Origin: an uncultured bacterium
GTDB taxonomy: Bacteria; Actinomycetota; Acidimicrobiia; Spongiisociales; UBA5794
Length of the DNA stretch: 64,000 nt
Reading direction: 5' to 3'
NCBI GenBank assembly: GCA_963801165.1
Contig: CAWDDT010000004.1
Location: 64,001 to 128,000 of the forward strand
Each line of letters starts with the position of its first letter. Position 1 is the stretch's first letter. This document shows positions 26,602-34,612 of this stretch, piece by piece. A program made the position numbers and the translations under genes. The notes beneath the pieces were generated by a model that saw nothing but the letters and a program-made list of their open reading frames with translations, made no database searches and was not told where the DNA came from.

Positions 26602-27053
26602 TCGTACCGTCCTTGTTCATCGCCGCGGAGCAGAGCCCGCAGCGCCGTCTTGAACTTGTCTATGTCCGGGGAGGAGAGCGGGGCAAAGAACGTCTGCTCT
26701 GCGGCGGCGACCTTCTTGCGCGCCCGCTCGAGGGTGCGGCGCCCGTCGGTCGTCAGTTCGACGATGTTCTTACGGCGGTCCTCGGGGTGCCGGCTGCGCC
26801 GGGCCAGGCCCTTGTCCTCCAGCCCGTCGACGAGCGCCACCATCGTGGTTCGATCGATTCCGAGCGCGTTAGCCGCCTCCTGCTGGGACAACTCTTCGCC
26901 GGATCCGATAGTGACCAGCACTGCCCATTGCTTGCCGTCGATGCCTAACTGCTCGAGAGCCGCACCGGCAAGTTGCTGATACCGGCTCTGAACATGCTTG
27001 AGGAGGTACCCAAACCGGTTCTCGATTTCATTGCCCGCAGTCTCGTCGCTCAT
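26598..27053 (-). CDS. MarR family regulator
   Basis: LSQQEAANALGIDRTTMVALVDGLEDKGL..PEDRR..LTTDG. Confidence 0.92.
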   Translation of the reverse strand: MSDETAGNEIENRFGYLLKHVQSRYQQLAGAALEQLGIDGKQWAVLVTIGSGEELSQQEAANALGIDRTTMVALVDGLEDKGLARRSRHPEDRRKNIVELTTDGRRTLERARKKVAAAEQTFFAPLSSPDIDKFKTALRALLRGDEQGRYE

Positions 27054-27072
27054 GGGGGCATTCTACCGGTAC

Positions 27073-27101
27073 ACTGATAATCAGTAATACCGATAATCAG
27101 G
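27073..27101. promoter_or_regulatory. Candidate MarR operators between the divergent genes
   Basis: Palindrome ACTGATAATCAGT and a second copy CCGATAATCAGG. Confidence 0.6.
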
Positions 27102-27124
27102 GTACATGACGAGAAGGGAAGGCC

Positions 27125-28024
27125 ATGCACCGACTGCGCTTTGGGATCAAGACGACGCCGATGAATACGAGCTACGAGGACATACTCAGGGTATGGCTCG
27201 AGGCAGACCGAGAAGAGCTCATCAGCGATGCCTGGCTCTGGGACCACTTTCTGCCGCTTGCGCCGGATCCGGCTGTTCCCGTTCATGAAGGATGGACCCT
27301 GTTGGCGGCTCTCGCCGCACAGACCAGAAGGCTGCGTCTCGGGCTGCTCGTGACCAGCAACGCAGTGCGCCCACCCGCAGTGTTGGCGAAGATGGCGGCC
27401 ACCGTCGACGTGATCTCGGGGGGTCGGCTGATCCTCGGCATCGGTGTCGGGGGGACCCGCCAGCCCGCCGGAGTGGCCAACCCGGCCACCCGCGAGCATG
27501 CGGCCTATGGGATACCTCTCCCGTCACCCGCCGACGGCATCGCCCGGCTCGACGAGGCCTGTACCCTCATCCGTCGCCTCTGGCAGGAGGACGGCTTCGA
27601 TTACACCGGGACGCACTATCAGCTGCAGGGGGCGACGTGTCGACCCCGACCTGTCCAGCAGCCCGTGCCACCGCTGCTGCTGGGCGGCTGGGGAGACAAG
27701 ACGCTTGGCGTTGTCGCCCGTCACGCCGACATGTGGAACATCCCCGGCCCGCCACACGGTGAGATCTCTTTCCTTATCGAGCGCAACGAGGCGCTGGACG
27801 CCGCCTGCCGGGAGATCGGGCGCAACCCGGACGAGATCGTGCGGTCCACCCAGATGATCGCCGACTACGACGATCCCGGCGCCGTGCGTAATTTCGTTTC
27901 CGAGCTTGCAGACGCCGGGTTCTCGCACTTCGTCGTCGCGCTGCGCCCTCCCTATCCCGAGGGCGCCGCCCGATGGCTTGTCGACGAGGTCATCGCACCC
28001 GTTACAGCCCGACCCGCTGGTTGA
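27125..28024 (+). CDS. LLM class (probably F420-dependent) oxidoreductase
   Basis: WLWDHF, EGWTLLAALAAQT, RPPAVLAKMAATVDVISGGRLILGIG, ARHADMWN. Confidence 0.9.
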   Translation: MHRLRFGIKTTPMNTSYEDILRVWLEADREELISDAWLWDHFLPLAPDPAVPVHEGWTLLAALAAQTRRLRLGLLVTSNAVRPPAVLAKMAATVDVISGGRLILGIGVGGTRQPAGVANPATREHAAYGIPLPSPADGIARLDEACTLIRRLWQEDGFDYTGTHYQLQGATCRPRPVQQPVPPLLLGGWGDKTLGVVARHADMWNIPGPPHGEISFLIERNEALDAACREIGRNPDEIVRSTQMIADYDDPGAVRNFVSELADAGFSHFVVALRPPYPEGAARWLVDEVIAPVTARPAG

Positions 28025-29459
28025 ACTGGTCGATCAGCTTGTCGATGGGGTCGACCAACGCCTGGATGTTGGTCCAGTAGTCCGGGTCGTACCACTGACG
28101 CTGGATCTCGTCGTAGGTCTTGCCTTGCTGCTCGACCCAGGTGTAGTACTTGAGGTTGTGGATTCGCTTGCGCTCGTAGTAACCGAGTTCCTGGGTGTTG
28201 GCGGTGCTCTGACCCATCAGATGGCGGTGATAGGCACCGGCTGCATCCGAGGCGGTGAACTCGCCACGCTCCTGACGCAGCTCGTTGATCCGTGACCCGT
28301 ACATCTCCATCGAGTCGGTGCCGAGCGTCATGACGATGTCGTTGCCGGTGAGCTCGTACCACTTGGCGAATTTGATTGCCATCAGCATGTTGGCGACACC
28401 GGAGATACCGAGAAGCGGCAGCTTCTCGATGAAGTCCGCCGACACACCCTGCTTGGCCAGGTACTCCTGACCGGCCGGCTCGTTGAAGAGACGGATCAAG
28501 CTCATCGGCGACTCGTCGTCAATGGCCATCGCCATGTCCGTGTTCCTTATGTTGTGGACCCACGGGATGTGCTTGTCACCGATGCCTTCGATGCGGTGCT
28601 CGCCGAAGCCGTTGAGGATCATCGTCGGGCACTCGGTCGCCTCGCCGGCGACGATCTTCGAAGTGGGGTACACCTGCTTCAAGTAATCGCCCGAGCCGAT
28701 GGTCCCGGCAGAGCCCGTAGTCAGGGTGACGCCGGCGAACCGGTCGCCCGCACCCATCACCTGCTCCAACACTTCGACCATGGCGGGGCCGGTCACCGAG
28801 TAGTGCCACAGGTAGTTGCCGAACTCGTCGAACTGATTGAAGATCACCAGGTCCTGGCCGGACGCCCGCAGCTCGTTGCACTTGTCGAAGATCTCCTTGA
28901 CGTTGGACTCTGAGCCCGGTGTCTTGATGATCTCGCCGGCGACGTTCTCCAGCCATTGAAAGCGCTCCTTGCTCATCCCCTCGGGGAGGATGGCGATGGA
29001 TTCGCAGCCAAGCAGGTTGGAGTCGTAGGCACCGCCGCGGCAGTAGTTGCCGGTAGACGGCCAGACGGCCTTCTGCGTGGCGGGGTCGAACTGACCGGTG
29101 ACGAGACGCGGGGCGAGGCAGCCGAACGCAGCGCCGACCTTGTGGGCGCCGGTGGGGAACCACTTGCCCTCGAGCATGATGATCCGGGCGTCAACACCGC
29201 TGATCTCCTTGGGGATCTCCAGGTAATTGACCTTCCCAAAACCTCCACCCGACGCCGTCGGCTCGTTGTGCCAGGTGATGCGGAACAGGTTCAGCGGGTT
29301 GAGATCCCACAGTCCGACGTCGCTGAGCTGATTCTTGATGGAATCCGGGATCAGGGCCGGGTTGCGCATCTGCTTGAAAGTAGGAATCCGAATCGATCGA
29401 TCCCGCGCCACCCTGGCTGCGGATTCGAGCACCGACTCGTTGACCGTCAGATCGATCAT
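28002..29459 (-). CDS. Fold-type II PLP-dependent enzyme (large, cysteine-synthase-like, uncharacterised)
   Basis: PTGAHKVG (PLP Lys), PSTGNY, NQF, TGSAGT, IEGIG. Confidence 0.85.
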   Translation of the reverse strand: MIDLTVNESVLESAARVARDRSIRIPTFKQMRNPALIPDSIKNQLSDVGLWDLNPLNLFRITWHNEPTASGGGFGKVNYLEIPKEISGVDARIIMLEGKWFPTGAHKVGAAFGCLAPRLVTGQFDPATQKAVWPSTGNYCRGGAYDSNLLGCESIAILPEGMSKERFQWLENVAGEIIKTPGSESNVKEIFDKCNELRASGQDLVIFNQFDEFGNYLWHYSVTGPAMVEVLEQVMGAGDRFAGVTLTTGSAGTIGSGDYLKQVYPTSKIVAGEATECPTMILNGFGEHRIEGIGDKHIPWVHNIRNTDMAMAIDDESPMSLIRLFNEPAGQEYLAKQGVSADFIEKLPLLGISGVANMLMAIKFAKWYELTGNDIVMTLGTDSMEMYGSRINELRQERGEFTASDAAGAYHRHLMGQSTANTQELGYYERKRIHNLKYYTWVEQQGKTYDEIQRQWYDPDYWTNIQALVDPIDKLIDQFNQRVGL

Positions 29460-30721
29460 TAGTTGGTTCCCTTCTGTATCGCTTCTTTGAGTGCTTCGAG
29501 TGTCGGGTCGACAACCATCGGTGTCGTTCCAGCGGCGGCCACTGCCTTCATTGCCGAGGCAACGTCCTTGAGGCCGGAACCGGTGGACAGCACGACGACC
29601 TCTTCGTTCTCCTTGACCAGACCGGTAGCAACCGCCTTGATCAGGCCGGCGTATGCGGTCGCTCCGGCAGGCTCGGCGAACACGCCGGAGCCGCGTGCCA
29701 GCAGCGGCATCGCCGCCAGGATCTCGCCGTCGCTAACCCGGACGTAGGCGCCGTTGGTCTCGGTGACTGCTCGCATCGCCTTGATACGGTCCCGGGGGAG
29801 GTCGGCGCTAATCGAGTCGGCGATCGTATCTGCGGAGATGGGTGCCTTGGTCAGCACATCCTCACCGGACTCGAACGCCTGCACCATGTAGTCGCTGCCT
29901 GCGGCCTGGATGCCGTAGATCCTGGGGGAGTAGTCGATCCAGCCGAGGGCCAGAGCGTCCTTCATGGCCTTATGCACGCCGCCGATGATGGAACCGTCGC
30001 CGACGCTGACGAAGATTGCATCGGGCGGACTCCAGCCGAGGTCTTCGAGGATCTCCCAGCCTGCGGTCTTCTTGCCTTCGGTCATGTACGGGTTGTAGCC
30101 GGTGTTGCGGTTGTACCAGCCGTACTCAGCAGCCGCCAGCATGCACAGCTCGAAAGCGTCGCCGTAGTTGCCGTTGACCAGCGCCACCGTCGACCCGTAC
30201 GTCAACAGTTGGGCGATCTTGGCCTCAGGCGCTGTCTTGGGGACGAAGATGACGTTCTTCTGCCCGACGCTCGCCGAGATACCGGAAAGTGCCGCTGCGG
30301 CATTGCCGGTGCTGGCGGTGGTGACCACCTCGGCGCCGACCTCGCGTGCCTTGACGACGGCCATGGCTGAAGCCCGGTCCTTGAGCGACGCTGTCGGCTG
30401 TCGCCCCTCGTCCTTGACCCACACCCTTGCTATGCCGAGGTCGGCAGCAAGGGGCCTGGCGTCGTACATCGGGGTGCAGCCAACCGTGAGCGGCGGCACC
30501 TCAGCGTCCGGGGCAACCGGCATCACCGGCTTGTATCGCCACATCGTGCGGTCCGGGTTGGCGGCGAGGTCTTCCTTGGTCCATTCGGACGAGATCGTGT
30601 CGTAGTCGTACTGGACGTCGAGGATGCCTTCATTGCCGTGGTCGGTGCAGACGTACCCGGCGTAGTCCGCCGGGTACGTCTTGCCGCAGATCACACAGGT
30701 GAGCCCGGTGACATGGTTCAT
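29459..30721 (-). CDS. Threonine synthase-like fold-type II PLP enzyme with an N-terminal zinc ribbon
   Basis: CVIC..CTDH, PTASLKDR, ASTGNA, EGKKT, VGDG, EPAGA, TGSGLKD; ATG at 30721. Confidence 0.85.
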   Translation of the reverse strand: MNHVTGLTCVICGKTYPADYAGYVCTDHGNEGILDVQYDYDTISSEWTKEDLAANPDRTMWRYKPVMPVAPDAEVPPLTVGCTPMYDARPLAADLGIARVWVKDEGRQPTASLKDRASAMAVVKAREVGAEVVTTASTGNAAAALSGISASVGQKNVIFVPKTAPEAKIAQLLTYGSTVALVNGNYGDAFELCMLAAAEYGWYNRNTGYNPYMTEGKKTAGWEILEDLGWSPPDAIFVSVGDGSIIGGVHKAMKDALALGWIDYSPRIYGIQAAGSDYMVQAFESGEDVLTKAPISADTIADSISADLPRDRIKAMRAVTETNGAYVRVSDGEILAAMPLLARGSGVFAEPAGATAYAGLIKAVATGLVKENEEVVVLSTGSGLKDVASAMKAVAAAGTTPMVVDPTLEALKEAIQKGTN

Positions 30722-31659
30722 CGAACGATCCTGGTGCCGGTCTCGCCGGCAACGGCGCGCTCGATGTTCTCGGGGTTGGTGATGAGAGCTTCCTTGCCGC
30801 CGCCTTCGAGGAACTTGACCACGGCCCTCATCTTCGGGGCCATCGACCCCTCGGCGAAGTGGCCGCCCTCTTCGAGGTATTGCTTGACCTCGGCGAGAGT
30901 GAGCTTGTCCATCCACTCCTCATTTGGCTTGCCGTAGTTGAGGGCGACCTTCTCGACTGCGGTCGAGATCAGCAGCATGTCTGCGTCGATATCGAGAGCC
31001 AGCAGTGCAGAAGCCAGGTCCTTGTCGATGACGGCAGCGACACCTTGCAGGTCGCCGTTCTCGGTGGTGACGACGGGAATGCCGCCACCGCCGACACAGA
31101 TCACAACGACACCGGAATCGATCAGCTGTCGTATGACATCGATCTCAACGATGCGTTGTGGCTGTGGGGAAGCGACGACCCGACGCCAACCACGTCCGGC
31201 GTCTTCCTTGATCGACCAGCCTTCTTCGTCCCTGCGCCGCTTGGCTTCGTCCTCCTCGAGGAAGGTGCCGATCGGCTTCGACGGGTTGATCATGGCGGGG
31301 TCTTCCGCGCTCACCTCGACCTGGGTGACCACCGTCGCCACGGGCTTGTTGATACCCATCGCGCGGAAGTCGTTGATCAGGTTCTGCTGCAACGCATAGC
31401 CGATTGCTCCCTGCGTGTCGGCTCCGGCGACGTCCATCGGGATCTCGTGAAGCTCATGGCGCGAGAGCTCCGAGCGCCGCATGATGAACCCGACCTGTGG
31501 TCCATTTCCGTGCGAGATGGCTACGTCCCATCCGGCCTTGACCAGTTCGGCGATGTGCTGGTCGGTGACCGCAGCTGCCGCATACTGGTCGGCGACCGAC
31601 TGATGCGCCTTGTCGGCGATCAGCGAATTGCCACCAATGGCGATGACGACTTTAGACAT
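30718..31659 (-). CDS. arcC: Carbamate kinase
   Basis: AIGGNSL, HGNGPQVG, PSKPIG, GWRRVVASP, GGGGIP, AVIDKD, GSMAPK. Confidence 0.95.
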   Translation of the reverse strand: MSKVVIAIGGNSLIADKAHQSVADQYAAAAVTDQHIAELVKAGWDVAISHGNGPQVGFIMRRSELSRHELHEIPMDVAGADTQGAIGYALQQNLINDFRAMGINKPVATVVTQVEVSAEDPAMINPSKPIGTFLEEDEAKRRRDEEGWSIKEDAGRGWRRVVASPQPQRIVEIDVIRQLIDSGVVVICVGGGGIPVVTTENGDLQGVAAVIDKDLASALLALDIDADMLLISTAVEKVALNYGKPNEEWMDKLTLAEVKQYLEEGGHFAEGSMAPKMRAVVKFLEGGGKEALITNPENIERAVAGETGTRIVR

Positions 31660-31662
31660 CCC

Positions 31663-32613
31663 TCACTCCCAGACTCCGAGGACGGAAGACAGGAGAGCCA
31701 TACGCATGACGACGCCGTTGTAGGCCTCTTGCCAGTAACGCGCGTGACGGGAATCGTCGACCTCAGGAAGTAGCTCGTCACGACGGGGGAGCGAGTGCAG
31801 GATGATCGAGCTGCCCTTGGCCTTCGACATCACCTCTGAGGTCACCTGGTACTTGGCGTCGGTGTGGGCGTATACCTCTTGCTTTTCCTGACGAGCCTTT
31901 GTGTAGTCGGGCTGGACCACCGGCTCCATGTAGATGACGTCTACCTCGTCGATCACGTCGTCGATGTGGTCGACGATGCGGTAGTTGGTGCCCTTCTCAT
32001 CGAGTTCGGCGAGGAACTCAGGAAGCGGTGACATCTCTTCAGGGGCCAGGATGAGCATCTCGGCATCGAACTGCGACAGGGCGTAGCCCAGTGAGTGCAT
32101 GGTGCGCATGCGATGATCGCCGACGGCCAGGATGGTCTTGCCGTCGACCGATCCCATCTCCTTGGTGATGGTGTAGAGGTCGGTGAGGATCTGAGTCGGG
32201 TGCTCGCCCCAGCCGTCGCCACCATTGATGATCGGGATCGATGCCCATTTGGCCGCCTCGTGCGGGGCGCCTTGCTCGAAGTGACGCATGACGATGACGT
32301 CGCCGTAGAACTCGAGCATGTGGACCGTGTCCTTGATGGACTCCTGATAGAAGTCGCCCGCCCGCGTCATCTTGGCATCTGAGAAACCTGTGACATGGCC
32401 GCCGAGGCGGTGCATAGCGGCTTCATGGGCGAGACGGGTACGTGTGGACGGCTGATAGAAAGCCGTGACGAGAGTCTTGTGAGCGAGGAGGTCTGTGTTG
32501 CGACGCTCCCGAGCGATCGGCTCGACCCGGTCGGCGATCTCGAAAAGATGCATGAATTCGTTGCGTTCGAAATCCTTCAGCGAAAGGATGTCGCGTCCCG
32601 CAAAACTGCGCAT
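31663..32613 (-). CDS. ATCase-like carbamoyltransferase with altered substrate-binding motifs
   Basis: PSTRT, MRH, HPTQ and HSLPR are present. The KGE and RxQ aspartate-binding motifs are replaced (YQES; YMEPVVQP). Confidence 0.85.
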   Translation of the reverse strand: MRSFAGRDILSLKDFERNEFMHLFEIADRVEPIARERRNTDLLAHKTLVTAFYQPSTRTRLAHEAAMHRLGGHVTGFSDAKMTRAGDFYQESIKDTVHMLEFYGDVIVMRHFEQGAPHEAAKWASIPIINGGDGWGEHPTQILTDLYTITKEMGSVDGKTILAVGDHRMRTMHSLGYALSQFDAEMLILAPEEMSPLPEFLAELDEKGTNYRIVDHIDDVIDEVDVIYMEPVVQPDYTKARQEKQEVYAHTDAKYQVTSEVMSKAKGSSIILHSLPRRDELLPEVDDSRHARYWQEAYNGVVMRMALLSSVLGVWE

Positions 32614-32670
32614 ATGTGTGCCCTCCTTCAAGAGCTCGTGGTTTGGGTCAGATTTCGACCCTTGTCGAAT

Positions 32671-32681
32671 TGGTCATACCA
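32671..32681. promoter_or_regulatory. Candidate GntR operator TGGTCATACCA in the divergent promoter region
   Basis: TGGT-N3-ACCA palindrome between the catabolic operon and gntR. Confidence 0.5.
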
Positions 32682-32722
32682 TCGTACAATATGATCACAT
32701 TACCGGCTAGTCTAATTTCGAA

Positions 32723-33451
32723 ATGATCACCAGAAGCCCATCGCTAACTGAACAGGTGAAGGCCCACCTAAAAGAGCAGATTGTCAACGACGAGTTTGTC
32801 GACGGCCGGATCCCACCCGAGGCCACACTCGCCGAAGAGCTCGGGGTCAGCCGCACCACTATCCGCGATGCGCTCGGCAAGCTCGAGCACGAAGGTGCCA
32901 TCTACCGCAAGCAGGGCGCCGGCACCTTCGTCAACGAGGCCGGTCTCCAGATCAAGTCACGGCTCGAGGAGATCTGGTCTTACGAGCAGGTGCTACGTGA
33001 CCACGGATACACGCCTTCGGTCGAGGTCCTCTCCGCCGAGATCCTCCCCGTCAATGAGGACACCGCAGAGGCGCTCGGTCTCAGTGACGGTGATCGGGTG
33101 TTCGTCATCGAGAAGCTCTTTCTCGAGGATTCGACGCCCGTGGTCCTGGCGAGAAACCGGATCCCGGCGGGCCTGATCGACCTGGCGCCGCCCGGCAAGG
33201 TCGAGCTTCCGGTATATGAGTATCTGGAGGAGATCAGCAACCGCCGCCTCAGCTACTACCTCTCTGAGATCGTGCCGGTGGCATTCAATGCCGACCAGGC
33301 CGGGAAGCTCGGGGTTGCCCCGGGCACAGTGGGTCTCTCGTTTGTTGAGGTCGGCTTCGACCAGAACAACGAGCCGGTCGTGCATGCCACCTCGTATTTC
33401 CGCGACGATTTGCTCCGCTTCCGTCTGATCAGACGGAAGACCGGTGCATGA
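32723..33451 (+). CDS. GntR family regulator (HutC subfamily, UTRA domain)
   Basis: IPPEATLAEELGVSRTTIRDAL..QGAGTFV, plus a UTRA-like C-terminus. Confidence 0.92.
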   Translation: MITRSPSLTEQVKAHLKEQIVNDEFVDGRIPPEATLAEELGVSRTTIRDALGKLEHEGAIYRKQGAGTFVNEAGLQIKSRLEEIWSYEQVLRDHGYTPSVEVLSAEILPVNEDTAEALGLSDGDRVFVIEKLFLEDSTPVVLARNRIPAGLIDLAPPGKVELPVYEYLEEISNRRLSYYLSEIVPVAFNADQAGKLGVAPGTVGLSFVEVGFDQNNEPVVHATSYFRDDLLRFRLIRRKTGA

Positions 33452-33465
33452 AGAACAGAAGAGAA

Positions 33466-33506
33466 AACCCAGACATAGAACCCAGACATAGAACCCAGAC
33501 ATAGAA
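33466..33506 (+). repeat. 13-bp tandem repeat (AACCCAGACATAG)x3 directly before the RBS
   Basis: Three perfect copies at 33466-33504, then AAGGAG. Confidence 0.92.
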
Positions 33507-33516
33507 GGAGCAGTTG

Positions 33517-34491
33517 ATGCAGACCCATCTGCACGGTCGCGACATGATCACGACCCAGGAGTGGACCAAGGACGAGCTGGACACGGTCCTCGACATCGCC
33601 CTCGACCTGAAGCGCCGTCGGGCCCTCGGTGAGCAGCACGCCCTCTTGGACAACAAGGTGCTGGCCATGTTGTTCTTCTTCTCCAGCACCAGGACCCGGG
33701 CCAGCTTCGAGGCGGGCATGGCCCAGCTCGGTGGGCACGCCATGTTCCTCGACAGCACGAGCACCCAGATCGGCCACGGCGACACGTGGAAGGAGATCGG
33801 TGAGATTCTCGGCCGCTACAACGACGGCATCGCAATCCGCCAGGTCGACTGGGGTATCGGCAACAAGTACATCCGTGCGGTAGCCGAGGCGAGCCGGGTG
33901 CCCGTGCTCAACATGCAGTGCGACGTGTACCACCCGCACCAGGCGCTGGCCGATCTGCTGACGATCATCGAGCAGAAGGGCGATCCCTCGAAGCTGACGG
34001 TCAACATGAGCTATGCGTATGCGGCCAGCTATCAGAAGCCGATAAGCGTGCCACAGAGCCTGATCCTGCTGATGACCCGCTACGGCGCCAACGTCCGTTT
34101 GACCCGGCCGCCCGAGTTCAAGCTCATGCCTGAGATCGTTGCCCAGGCCGAGGAGAACGCCAAGAAGGCGCACGGCAGCTTCGAGATCGTCGAGGATTTC
34201 GAGGAGGGCATGCGTGGCGCCGACGTCGTCTACGCCAAGGCGTGGGGCTCGATGCTGACCACGTCGGATCTCGAGGAGTCGGCGAAGATCTCGGCGCAGT
34301 ACAAGGACTGGATCGTCGACCCCCGCCGTATGGAGATGGCCGACGAGGACGCCATCTACATGCACCCGCTGCCCGCCGACCGCAACATCGAGGTTGCCGA
34401 CGAGGTCATCGACGGTCGCTGGAGCCGGGTCTTCGACCAGGCCGAGAACCGTCTCCACGCCCAGAAAGCTGTCATGGCGCTGACGATGTAG
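33517..34491 (+). CDS. YgeW-like (knotted) carbamoyltransferase
   Basis: SSTRTR, HPHQALAD, HPLPAD, AENRLH. The segment SYAYAASYQKPISVPQSLILLMTRYG resembles YgeW as I recall it (TWAYSPSYGKPLSVPQ). It lacks the OTC DxxxSMG motif (AKAWGSM instead). Confidence 0.82.
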   Translation: MQTHLHGRDMITTQEWTKDELDTVLDIALDLKRRRALGEQHALLDNKVLAMLFFFSSTRTRASFEAGMAQLGGHAMFLDSTSTQIGHGDTWKEIGEILGRYNDGIAIRQVDWGIGNKYIRAVAEASRVPVLNMQCDVYHPHQALADLLTIIEQKGDPSKLTVNMSYAYAASYQKPISVPQSLILLMTRYGANVRLTRPPEFKLMPEIVAQAEENAKKAHGSFEIVEDFEEGMRGADVVYAKAWGSMLTTSDLEESAKISAQYKDWIVDPRRMEMADEDAIYMHPLPADRNIEVADEVIDGRWSRVFDQAENRLHAQKAVMALTM

Positions 34492-34499
34492 CCGCTTTG

Positions 34500-34535
34500 G
34501 CGTCGCAAACCGGAACATGTTCCGGTTTGCGACGC
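34500..34535. repeat. Perfect 36-bp palindrome (REP-like or terminator)
   Basis: GCGTCGCAAACCGGAACATGTTCCGGTTTGCGACGC equals its own reverse complement. Confidence 0.9.
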
Positions 34536-34612
34536 TAGAAGCCTCTCCTCGCGTTGCGGCGGGTCCCCTTGACCCGCTGCGCAACTCCAGGCTCGCTGCC
34601 AGTATGAGGGCT

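Noticed and set aside
29459-30721. Assigning thrC
   Set aside because: The family match is good, but there is no threonine-pathway context, so the function is uncertain.
33466-33506. Possible CRISPR array (also considered 12731-12762 and 40362-40395)
   Set aside because: The units are contiguous, 13-16 bp, with no spacers and no cas genes.
31663-34491. Naming the two transcarbamylases pyrB and argF
   Set aside because: Substrate motifs differ from canonical ATCase/OTC, and the context with carbamate kinase is catabolic.
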